The notes under the pieces were generated by a model. It saw only the letters and a program-made list of their open reading frames with translations, ran no database searches and was not told where the DNA came from. DNA of 64,000 bases from a virus (taxonomy: Duplodnaviria; Caudoviricetes), in the IMG/VR virus record IMGVR_UViG_3300020414_001694, positions 1 through 64,000 of that record. The stretch is one strand, 5' to 3'. Both the position numbers and the translations under genes were made by a program. Shown in pieces: positions 35,182 to 42,784 of the stretch. Each line of letters opens with the position of its first letter. Position 1 is the first letter of the stretch.

Positions 35182-35559
35182 TTAGATGTATTTTTTCCAG
35201 TGGTAGAACGGACGGTTTTCAAGATACAAAGGGTCGTTCTCATGCGTATATGCTTCTTCCTCGAATGCATTAGAATAGTACGCTTCTCTGCCTGACTTCT
35301 TTGCCATGACACCTCGCAACCAGTACCACCCGTATAATATCCATTGCCCGATGAATAGGCACTCGACCTGCTGGGCAAAATGGATTCGCTCGTGCCTTAT
35401 GGTTACTGGAGACATGATGCCTCGACACCAGACAAATGGACCAAAAGATATAGCCCAAATGTCTATTGGTGCGAAGTGTGATAAAAAGACTGGAACTTTG
35501 GAATTCTCAATCATTATCGGTTTTAAATTTCTTATTTTATTTAATAGTCTTTTTAACAC
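35182..35559 (-). CDS. Small HExxH zincin-like protein
   Basis: IRHERIHFAQQ.E...AY..N.FE.EAY. Confidence 0.7.
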   Translation of the reverse strand: MLKRLLNKIRNLKPIMIENSKVPVFLSHFAPIDIWAISFGPFVWCRGIMSPVTIRHERIHFAQQVECLFIGQWILYGWYWLRGVMAKKSGREAYYSNAFEEEAYTHENDPLYLENRPFYHWKKYI

Positions 35560-35574
35560 CCTTTTCTTTCTCCC

Positions 35575-35670
35575 TTAGCAGCAACCTTTCTCGCAGTTGC
35601 AGCAACCGCAACAACAGCAGCAATGCTTCGGGTCAAATAGAGTGACTAATTTGTGTAAAAACTTTTTCAT
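35575..35670 (-). CDS. 31-aa metallothionein-like Cys-rich peptide (not in ORF track)
   Basis: MKKFLHKLVTLFDPKHCCCCCGCCNCEKGCC; SD AGGAGG 8 nt upstream; ACTATTTA motif at 35701-35708. Confidence 0.75.
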   Translation of the reverse strand: MKKFLHKLVTLFDPKHCCCCCGCCNCEKGCC

Positions 35671-35709
35671 GATAATATCCTCCTGACAGTGTTTACAAAT
35701 TAAATAGTA

Positions 35710-36090
35710 TCAGGAATTTTGTTTTTCTCTGTAATCTTCGATGGCAGATTTGATTGCGTCCTCTGCAAGCACTGAGCAGTGGATTTTTACTGGAGGAAGC
35801 GAGAGGTGCTCTGCGATATCCTTGTTTTTTACCTCTTTTGCTTCGTCCAAGGTCATGCCCTTCAACCACTCTGTTGCGAGCGATGACGCTGCGATTGCAG
35901 AACCGCAACCATAAGTTTTAAAGCGTGCCTCTTTAATAACGCCGTCTTCAACTTTTATTTGCAGGCGCATCACATCTCCACAAGCAGGAGCACCGACCAA
36001 ACCAGTACCAACGTCAAGCGCATTCTTGTCCAGGGTGCCTACGTTTCTTGGATTCTCGTAGTGGTCTAGAACTTCTTTTGAGTAAGTCAT
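35710..36090 (-). CDS. iscU: Fe-S cluster scaffold IscU (start MTYSKEV)
   Basis: DHYENPRN, GAPACGD, FKTYGCGSAIA, LPPVKIHCS. Confidence 0.96.
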   Translation of the reverse strand: MTYSKEVLDHYENPRNVGTLDKNALDVGTGLVGAPACGDVMRLQIKVEDGVIKEARFKTYGCGSAIAASSLATEWLKGMTLDEAKEVKNKDIAEHLSLPPVKIHCSVLAEDAIKSAIEDYREKQNS

Positions 36091-36539
36091 AGATTGCTCT
36101 TGTCTTGCCATTCGTGAGAAATTTGGTCATCAACGATAGGACCGCCCTTTGCCCAAGTGTAGCAAGACCTAGCAGAGTGGCACTTGAAGTGGTGCATCCA
36201 GCAGTAACCCAACTCTCCGTCCTTGTCGGTAGTTACACCTGGCATACATTCTTTCATTCTAGGAGAAATGTCGAAGGCGACACAATTAGAGCAGTTAGAT
36301 TTCTTTGCTGCCTTCTCTGTAGTGTCCCAATATTTTGCGATGTCTTTCCAGTAGTCGCCAGGTTCATCAACATTCAATGGACCGTATTTTATGTGGTCTG
36401 CGTGGATGGCAGCATCTCTATTCTTCGTGTTGAGTTTCAAGTCTTGAGTTGCTGGTGGGCAAACGTAATCCTTTACCTTTCCCACAGTGACTTTCACCTC
36501 GCTCATAAACTTGCGCCAATTTTCCATTAATTGTTTCAT
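36087..36539 (-). CDS. Cys-rich conserved phage protein, possible HiPIP-like Fe-S fold, with MKQLMENWRKF leader
   Basis: CPPATQD; CSNC...GYC-x12-C-x2-W; ATGA-coupled to iscU. Confidence 0.7.
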   Translation of the reverse strand: MKQLMENWRKFMSEVKVTVGKVKDYVCPPATQDLKLNTKNRDAAIHADHIKYGPLNVDEPGDYWKDIAKYWDTTEKAAKKSNCSNCVAFDISPRMKECMPGVTTDKDGELGYCWMHHFKCHSARSCYTWAKGGPIVDDQISHEWQDKSNL

Positions 36540-36542
36540 AAT

Positions 36543-38537
36543 CTATCTCTTTGTGTAACTCTTGGTTACTTTGCCCTTTTTTGTAGCAGCAACGTTTTGC
36601 TTGCCCTTCTTTGTGCCTGCTCGCTTCTTTGCGTTGTCTGCTGCCTTTTCACCCTTAGACATCTTCGCCCACTTTGCCTTTGGTTTGCAACGCTCAACTG
36701 AACCGTCTTCACGACCATCGCCACAAGGTGTTCCATCAGAGTGAACCCACTTTTCGTCTGCCCACTTTTGTAAGTCACCCTCTTCGATGCTCTCGTCTTT
36801 CTTGCCTCGACCGTAGTTATCATCTTTACAGTATTTAGAAGCAATCTGTGCTGCACGAGCAGACCAGTTCTTGAGAACACCGTCTTCACACTTAACATCT
36901 TTAATCCCTGGCGAGTCAGAGTTTACAACAAACTTTAGACCTGCTGTGCAAATCTCTTTGTCAGAGTAGCAACCGCCTTCTTCTTCAAGTCGTTGGACAA
37001 TAGTTTCCCTGACTCTTGTGCGAAGTGCTTCGTCTGCTTTGATGCAGTTACGATATTGTTTGCCGAACATTTCTTTTGTCTTTCTGGTAGGATGTGTCTT
37101 GTAACCCTTTTGGCACTTGCCCGCTTCTTCGAGTTTGCCAATGACATCCTCAATCACCATACGAATTTCTTCAGTGGTATACTCTTCTTTCATAGACTTT
37201 TTACCACGGCATTTCCACTTCTTTCTGGAAAGGTTGTTAGGAGTGTTGGGGTCATTCTGCTTTTCTTTGGACAACCCTTTCTTGATTCCGTAAGAGCGAG
37301 CGCAATAACTATCTCCCTTAGAAGTACCTGGAGCAATCCTGTATCCCTTTGCTCCATAACTAACTTTTTTCTTTCTACCAGTCTTGGGATTAGTCACAGT
37401 CTTTGAATATTTCTTGCCCTTTGCTGGTTCTTCATCGAGCATATTCAAAACCTCTTCCTTAATCTTTTGTATCAAATCTTCATTCTTGACCTGTGCAGGG
37501 AGACCCTTGTGCTTGGTTCCAGCAAAATCATCAACCTGCTTTGTAGTCATTTTATCTGCTTTGCTCTTCATTTCTGCGTCGGGGCAATCGCCGTCCTCTT
37601 TGCACTTTTTTAACATACCGAAGTATCTTTGTTGCGCCTTAGAGACTGCTTTTTCATCAAGTTCTCCTTCTTCCTTCATCTTGATAGGTTTTACGATACT
37701 CCTTTGATACTCGCCGTCGTCCTTATCTAAAATCTTTTCTGCTACATGCCCAACAACATCTGCAACGGTCGCCTGCTCGTTTGTCTTTCTCAATTGAGAA
37801 AGAATTTTTGAGACATCGCCTGAGTCCATTGCCTGAAAAACTTTTATTACGAGTTCGTAAAGTCCTTCCTTTGTGTAACCAAACTCGTCAACCTTATCGT
37901 TGAGAGCGTCCATGTCATCCATCGAAAGAACTGCTTCGTCAACCTTTTCAGAAGATAAAGACATCAAGGTATTCCAGTGTTCATCTGATATACCCCTCGG
38001 AGGTTTGCCATCAGTCTTCTGAGCAATAGCATCCAGTGCCGACCTGTACTTCTTTTTTGATTTTGGCGTTGGATTATCAGAAAGGTTATGTACCATGTCT
38101 GCCAATTTTACACGAAGAGTGGGAACGTCACCCATCAAACCGACAACATAAGACTGGTAATCCCCACCTTTTTCGTGGGTTAGGGCACGAACAACCCTGA
38201 TAACTTCATCTGCTGATGCTGGGTCTTGAATCGAACCCTTAATGTAATCTTCCATCTCCTCGACCGTCGATACAGTAGAACCAGGAGCATCTTCAAGGGC
38301 ATCATGTAAAAGTGCTGCCATCTGAATAACATTGTCTTTTGGATAAAACTTTCTCGCAATATTCCTGACCTCTGATGGATGAGAGAAATAGTCCGAACCA
38401 TCTCTTCTCTTTTGACCAACGTGTGCCATCTGTGCTGTCTGATAGACATCTTTAAAGTCTTCTGGTGAAAACTTCTCTTCTACTTTTTTATTTTCTCGCA
38501 AGTACTTTTGCCAATTGTCTGTAATCTTGTTGCTCAT
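36543..38537 (-). CDS. Mosaic polyprotein: RelA/SpoT-type HD hydrolase plus about 6 short modules
   Basis: AH.GQ.R..G..Y..HP; AALLHD.LED; VKLAD..HN; modules separated by linkers ending xDE/xEE. Confidence 0.85.
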   Translation of the reverse strand: MSNKITDNWQKYLRENKKVEEKFSPEDFKDVYQTAQMAHVGQKRRDGSDYFSHPSEVRNIARKFYPKDNVIQMAALLHDALEDAPGSTVSTVEEMEDYIKGSIQDPASADEVIRVVRALTHEKGGDYQSYVVGLMGDVPTLRVKLADMVHNLSDNPTPKSKKKYRSALDAIAQKTDGKPPRGISDEHWNTLMSLSSEKVDEAVLSMDDMDALNDKVDEFGYTKEGLYELVIKVFQAMDSGDVSKILSQLRKTNEQATVADVVGHVAEKILDKDDGEYQRSIVKPIKMKEEGELDEKAVSKAQQRYFGMLKKCKEDGDCPDAEMKSKADKMTTKQVDDFAGTKHKGLPAQVKNEDLIQKIKEEVLNMLDEEPAKGKKYSKTVTNPKTGRKKKVSYGAKGYRIAPGTSKGDSYCARSYGIKKGLSKEKQNDPNTPNNLSRKKWKCRGKKSMKEEYTTEEIRMVIEDVIGKLEEAGKCQKGYKTHPTRKTKEMFGKQYRNCIKADEALRTRVRETIVQRLEEEGGCYSDKEICTAGLKFVVNSDSPGIKDVKCEDGVLKNWSARAAQIASKYCKDDNYGRGKKDESIEEGDLQKWADEKWVHSDGTPCGDGREDGSVERCKPKAKWAKMSKGEKAADNAKKRAGTKKGKQNVAATKKGKVTKSYTKR

Positions 38538-38546
38538 TTTTATTCC

Positions 38547-38792
38547 TTATCTCAGAGAAGGGTCTCTGTGTGTGTTTTTTAATTTTGGTATAAAATCTTT
38601 TTTCAATTTCAGGAGTCGCTCAAACTTTACTTTAGACTGCGTATCCAAGTACATTACCTGGGGTTTTTTATATTCACCATTGATAAGTAAGTCATCAAAA
38701 TCATAAAACTTTGTCTTTGGCGAATCTTCTTGTGCCTCTACATTAGCACAAAGTAAGAGAATTGTTAATGCTGCCAATAGTGTTTTCTTCAT
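38547..38792 (-). CDS. Secreted protein resembling myxobacterial gliding protein CglF/GltF
   Basis: Signal peptide (VEA-QE); YDFDDLLINGEYKKPQVMY...KFERLLKLKKDFIPKL. Confidence 0.6.
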   Translation of the reverse strand: MKKTLLAALTILLLCANVEAQEDSPKTKFYDFDDLLINGEYKKPQVMYLDTQSKVKFERLLKLKKDFIPKLKNTHRDPSLR

Positions 38793-38832
38793 TTGTTTGC
38801 GCTCCAAGTCATAATAAATAGTTCGAAAACAA

Positions 38833-38857
38833 AGAAAAAGGCACCCGAAGGTGCCTT
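38833..38857 (-). terminator. Intrinsic terminator of hsp20
   Basis: AGGCACC-TTCG-GGTGCCT followed by TTTTCTTT. Confidence 0.9.
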
Positions 38858-38884
38858 ATAAAGAGTGGTGTTGCTGATTTTGTT

Positions 38885-39322
38885 TTACTCGATATCAATC
38901 TTTTGAGGTTGCGCCTCTAGGACTGGTGGAACCTTTACTACTAATAACCCATTCTCAAACTTAGCGGTAATCCTCTCTAAGTCAAGTTTGTTGCCGTAGT
39001 CGTAAAACGTTTTTGAGAAAGAACGTCTGGCAATTCTACGTGAAGTAGACTCGCCTTCTGTACTTCCTGCATCAGCGTGGATAGTGATACCCCTATCCTT
39101 TACTTCAATGTTTAATTGTTCTTTTGTAAAACCAGCAAGAGCAAGTTCAATAGTTGAATTGCCTGACTCGTCTACATAAATGTCAGTCACTGGATAACCA
39201 GAAGTTGCCTTCTGAATCATTGGTGCTGGGTTAGCAAAAAACCCGTCCCAAATGTCATCAATAACTGAACGTGTTAGTAAATTCGGAATTCGATATAATG
39301 TTGGTAATGTGTTATTTGTCAT
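38885..39322 (-). CDS. Small heat shock protein (Hsp20/IbpA family)
   Basis: YP..DI...IELALAGF.K..L.I...RIARRSF...A.FENGLL.V. Confidence 0.93.
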   Translation of the reverse strand: MTNNTLPTLYRIPNLLTRSVIDDIWDGFFANPAPMIQKATSGYPVTDIYVDESGNSTIELALAGFTKEQLNIEVKDRGITIHADAGSTEGESTSRRIARRSFSKTFYDYGNKLDLERITAKFENGLLVVKVPPVLEAQPQKIDIE

Positions 39323-39411
39323 AATTTTATTCTCCTTAATATAAGCAAGTTACCATTTTTTGTGTTCCTTTCGGCAACACGGTTTGTTTAGAGAGCAACA
39401 CCTGCCTCTCT
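39323..39411 (-). ncRNA. ROSE-like RNA thermometer in hsp20 5' UTR
   Basis: CTTGCTT-ATATT-AAGGAG hairpin (UUGCU with bulged G over SD) preceded by two hairpins (39390-39411, 39362-39380). Confidence 0.6.
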
Positions 39412-39454
39412 TGTATATAAATATAATAACGGATTGATTTTTGTCAAGTGATTT

Positions 39455-39595
39455 TTATCTTTTTACTGAAATTACCATTGGTGTCTCAATGGTAATAAAC
39501 TCTTGTGCTTGAGCGGTAGGTAACTTTGGTGCAGACGCCAAAGAAACAATAGAAGCACCAAGAACAAAGGTGCCCGCAATCTTTAAAAACTTCAT
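39455..39595 (-). CDS. 46-aa secreted micro-protein
   Basis: MKFLKIAGTFVLGASIVSLASAPKLPTAQAQE...; SD AAGGAG. Confidence 0.5.
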   Translation of the reverse strand: MKFLKIAGTFVLGASIVSLASAPKLPTAQAQEFITIETPMVISVKR

Positions 39596-39667
39596 TTCAT
39601 TTCTCCTTTTTTATTGGTGTGTAAGTATACCACAAATTTATAAAAAGTAAAGTTTTTTTGCTATTTT

Positions 39668-40015
39668 TTAATGTTTTTTTAGAGATACATTCTGGGAGAG
39701 AAGTGTGCCTTCTAAATTAAGAATCCCTATAAGAAGTTCAGTAATGGTGAGGTAATCTAAGTCCTCAACAACAATAGAGTTTTCTGGAACCTTAGCACCT
39801 CGGGCGTTCACCTCTTTCTGCATTGTCTTCATTATTATTTCTTTGATTCTCGTGCATCCTGCATAGAATTCACACAAGTCCTCAACCAAGGGTGTCCCTT
39901 CTTCCTTGCTTGCCTCTTCTTTGAGAAAATAATAGCAGACTTTTCTGTATTCTTCAAGCATCTCTATTGCGTCTAAGAACTCTTGTTGAGGTACAGCAAT
40001 AATTTTATCTTCCAT
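39668..40015 (-). CDS. Hypothetical protein
   Basis: ORF track. Confidence 0.65.
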   Translation of the reverse strand: MEDKIIAVPQQEFLDAIEMLEEYRKVCYYFLKEEASKEEGTPLVEDLCEFYAGCTRIKEIIMKTMQKEVNARGAKVPENSIVVEDLDYLTITELLIGILNLEGTLLSQNVSLKKH

Positions 40016-40328
40016 GCTCTTTATCTTTCACTGCGCTGTAATAGTCTTGCGCTTGCTCCAATGTTTGCAAGTCTAGAACTTTAAATTTTCTTTTTCTTAA
40101 TGCTTCTGCTGCGAGTCTTGCTCTTTTGCCTGTGGCACAATAGACAACTATTGTTTTATCCTTTGGGATTTTACCTTCCCAAAATCCAAGAGAAGTTGGC
40201 GTGGCAATTGCTCTGACTTTTCTACTCGGCAAGTTATAAGAACCTTCAATGTTTTTTTCTTCAAACTCCGACTCTTCTCTTACGTCCAAGAAAAAGTATT
40301 CTTCTAACTCCTCTTTGGATAATTTCAC
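40005..40328 (-). CDS. Single-domain rhodanese (sulfurtransferase)
   Basis: LDVRE..EF...I.GS.NLP; IVVYCATGKRA. Confidence 0.88.
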   Translation of the reverse strand: MKLSKEELEEYFFLDVREESEFEEKNIEGSYNLPSRKVRAIATPTSLGFWEGKIPKDKTIVVYCATGKRARLAAEALRKRKFKVLDLQTLEQAQDYYSAVKDKEHGR

Positions 40329-40334
40329 TAAATC

Positions 40335-40997
40335 TCACTCCACTAAACGATGGTACCAGAGTGGAAGGTGAGTATAACCGTCAGAGGTTGCAACTGCTGC
40401 TTCAAATGCAGACTTGCTGTAACGGACACCTCTCCCACTACCTGTTCCTAAATAGCCTCCCATAAACCTTTCTGACCATGTTCCTGCTGGGTCATTGGTC
40501 GTATATGAGTTTCCATCGAATCCCGTAGCAACAAGAACGTGCCCATATCCTGTGAAATATCCGTGAATTATCGTTGGTTTTCCTTCTCGTAGTAATCGCT
40601 GTAACTCTTCAAGAGTCCCATAGAGAACGGGTTCAATGCGTGCCCCAATTCCCTCTCTTTGTGCGATTGTGTTGAAGACGTTAGCCAACCCTTGAGGCGA
40701 CTGAGCATAATCTTTACCCCATTCCCTAGTAATGTCATCTGGAACTCCCTGCCAACCATACTTTGCCAACAACATCGCAATGGAAGTGTTCTGACAGGTT
40801 GAACCTGGACTTACATAGTTATCATACTGATAAAAGTAAGGAAGTTCTGAGTTATTAGTTTCTTCCTCGTGTGCCTCACATTGTGAGACATCGTTGTCCT
40901 TTTGTGAGACCTGCTTGTCTCCATAGTTTTCTGGAAATTCCTCAATAGTTCCGCAGGCAACCAAGAATAGTGCTAATAGTGTTATATTTTTCATCAT
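40335..40997 (-). CDS. Lipoprotein with peptidase C39-like domain
   Basis: Lipobox LVACG; TCQNTSIAM (Cys), GHVLV (His), NDP (Asp). Confidence 0.8.
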   Translation of the reverse strand: MMKNITLLALFLVACGTIEEFPENYGDKQVSQKDNDVSQCEAHEEETNNSELPYFYQYDNYVSPGSTCQNTSIAMLLAKYGWQGVPDDITREWGKDYAQSPQGLANVFNTIAQREGIGARIEPVLYGTLEELQRLLREGKPTIIHGYFTGYGHVLVATGFDGNSYTTNDPAGTWSERFMGGYLGTGSGRGVRYSKSAFEAAVATSDGYTHLPLWYHRLVE

Positions 40998-40998
40998 T

Positions 40999-41160
40999 TT
41001 ATCTCCTTATGATGTCTATGTCCTCAATGTGGACGTATTTTGATATTATATCATCCATCCAGAATACTTTCACGATAGATGCACTATTAGGTGTTTCAAG
41101 AATTATGCCAAGCATGAGATGATTCCAAGATTTAAGGTGGACAAGGCTGCCTACCCTCAC
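40999..41160 (-). CDS. SH3/KOW-like paralog (GTG start)
   Basis: MRVGSLVHL...LGIILE...KVFWMD...IDII. Confidence 0.65.
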   Translation of the reverse strand: MRVGSLVHLKSWNHLMLGIILETPNSASIVKVFWMDDIISKYVHIEDIDIIRR

Positions 41161-41654
41161 AACAAGGCACGCCTCTTCATCTTGACTGGTACGCTTTGAC
41201 CCTCGCCCCATACGAAGCGAGACTTACGCTTGTTCGTAACCATAAGAACTTCAAGAACGAGTTGCCCGTCCTTCTCTCTTGGAGTTAGTTTCGCAGGTTC
41301 TGGTTGTAAAATTCCAAACAAAGGTTTGGTAATTCTTTTCTGAAACTTTCTCCTGACAGGTGGTTTGTTTAGAAACTTTATACATCCTCTGTAAATGTCC
41401 TCGATGGAGTGTCCTTCTGATAGAAGTTGTTTCCAGTCAATCACGATGTATCCACCGATGACCCAACGATTAACACCGAAACCTTTTATACTCCAAAAAT
41501 TAGAACCGTGATAGCGAGCAAGACGAGTTTCGTCGCCACTTTCTTCCGAATTAATTCGAAGAGTCTGAAATTCGTTTAGTTCCAAAAGTTTACACTCGAA
41601 TTCTGGACCGTCTATAACTGGAACCTCTTCTACTGTTCGTTTTCTTCTTGGCAT
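41157..41654 (-). CDS. Hypothetical protein
   Basis: ORF track. Confidence 0.7.
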   Translation of the reverse strand: MPRRKRTVEEVPVIDGPEFECKLLELNEFQTLRINSEESGDETRLARYHGSNFWSIKGFGVNRWVIGGYIVIDWKQLLSEGHSIEDIYRGCIKFLNKPPVRRKFQKRITKPLFGILQPEPAKLTPREKDGQLVLEVLMVTNKRKSRFVWGEGQSVPVKMKRRALL

Positions 41655-41923
41655 TCTGCCTCTCTTTCAAGATGTTTTACAAGTTCGGTGTACCCTCCGA
41701 TAAACTCTTCATGAATCTCATCATTGTCAGTAACAACAAACTTTGAAATAATCGGGACAGTGCTGTGATTGTATCTCTTCTTTGCCTCGTTTAGTGCCAC
41801 GTCTTCCCAGTCATAGTATCTTGCATAGTACTCACGAGGTTCAGAGGAAATCAACTGCATTGCAGACTCGCAATATGGACACCCATCTGCAAGGTATAAA
41901 GTGTAATAAACTCTGCTGTCCAT
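41630..41923 (-). CDS. Glutaredoxin
   Basis: GCPYC, TVP, FIGGY. Confidence 0.9.
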   Translation of the reverse strand: MDSRVYYTLYLADGCPYCESAMQLISSEPREYYARYYDWEDVALNEAKKRYNHSTVPIISKFVVTDNDEIHEEFIGGYTELVKHLEREAECQEENEQ

Positions 41924-41924
41924 C

Positions 41925-42233
41925 TTAACCTCTCAACAACTCTCTCGTTGAGAGTCTCAACTTTTCTGTCACTTGATTCGGGTCTCCGACAACCGTAAGT
42001 TCCAGTCCTGCCTGCCCCCTGTCAAGAATAACTCTCGTGAAGCGTTGGCGAGTGTCCATGCCTTCTGGCATCCTACCTTCGTTCAAGTGACTGGTCATTG
42101 AAGCATCCTCACGTAAACAAATTACGTGTGCTGGATTAACAGTGACTTCACGCAAAGTATAGGTTTTGCTTGCCACCGAAGAACCATAATGGTTTGCGTT
42201 GCTGGAAACAACCTCAGTTAGTGTAACTAACAT
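41925..42233 (-). CDS. Hypothetical protein, weakly FlbD/SwrD-like
   Basis: VNP..V..L.E...T.V.L..G..L.V.G.P..V.EK pattern. Confidence 0.55.
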   Translation of the reverse strand: MLVTLTEVVSSNANHYGSSVASKTYTLREVTVNPAHVICLREDASMTSHLNEGRMPEGMDTRQRFTRVILDRGQAGLELTVVGDPNQVTEKLRLSTRELLRG

Positions 42234-42462
42234 TCTCTTTTCCTTTCACTGCGTAGTTTCGCAGCATATCATTAGGTGCAGTCCAAATAGAACCACGATA
42301 AAACAAATCCGAATGAGTTTGATACCTTCTCAAAAGCAAAGCAATATAAGGTTCCTTTAACTCACAATATTCACTTATACTACCATCATCGTTTACTTTT
42401 GTCAACATAAAATGTGCTGGAAGATACACTAAATCGCCTGTGCTAAGAATTTTCACCCTCAA
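42214..42462 (-). CDS. SH3/KOW-like paralog (start adjusted)
   Basis: LSTGDLVYL...IALLL. Confidence 0.55.
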   Translation of the reverse strand: MRVKILSTGDLVYLPAHFMLTKVNDDGSISEYCELKEPYIALLLRRYQTHSDLFYRGSIWTAPNDMLRNYAVKGKENVSYTN

Positions 42463-42784
42463 TTCCTTCCACCCGAGTTCCTTCACCATCTTCGGGTTCC
42501 TCCAACTGAGGTTCCATAGTCGCCATTGCCTGATAAGCATAAGCAGCATAAAGGCGATAGGCGTCCATGAGGTTTTGAGATAATAAATCAATCTCATATA
42601 GTTCTCTCCTGAAAGCATCCATCTTTACATAGGAGTCGTAAATCTTTTCAGGATGAACATTGTCCAACTTACTTTCTAGTTTTTTTGACCTTTGTGAAAT
42701 CTCTTGAATTGTTTTAGATATATCTTTAGGCAACTGAGATATTGATGTTTGATTTTCTATTTTCATTTCTTTGCTGCTCTCCAA
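42443..42784 (-). CDS. Coiled-coil hypothetical protein
   Basis: ORF track. Confidence 0.6.
   Translation of the reverse strand: MESSKEMKIENQTSISQLPKDISKTIQEISQRSKKLESKLDNVHPEKIYDSYVKMDAFRRELYEIDLLSQNLMDAYRLYAAYAYQAMATMEPQLEEPEDGEGTRVEGIEGENS

Noticed and set aside
39590-39606. Met-Lys-stop minigene overlapping the start of the 46-aa ORF
   Set aside because: SD lies only 2 nt from the first ATG but 7 nt from the second, so the second is the plausible start
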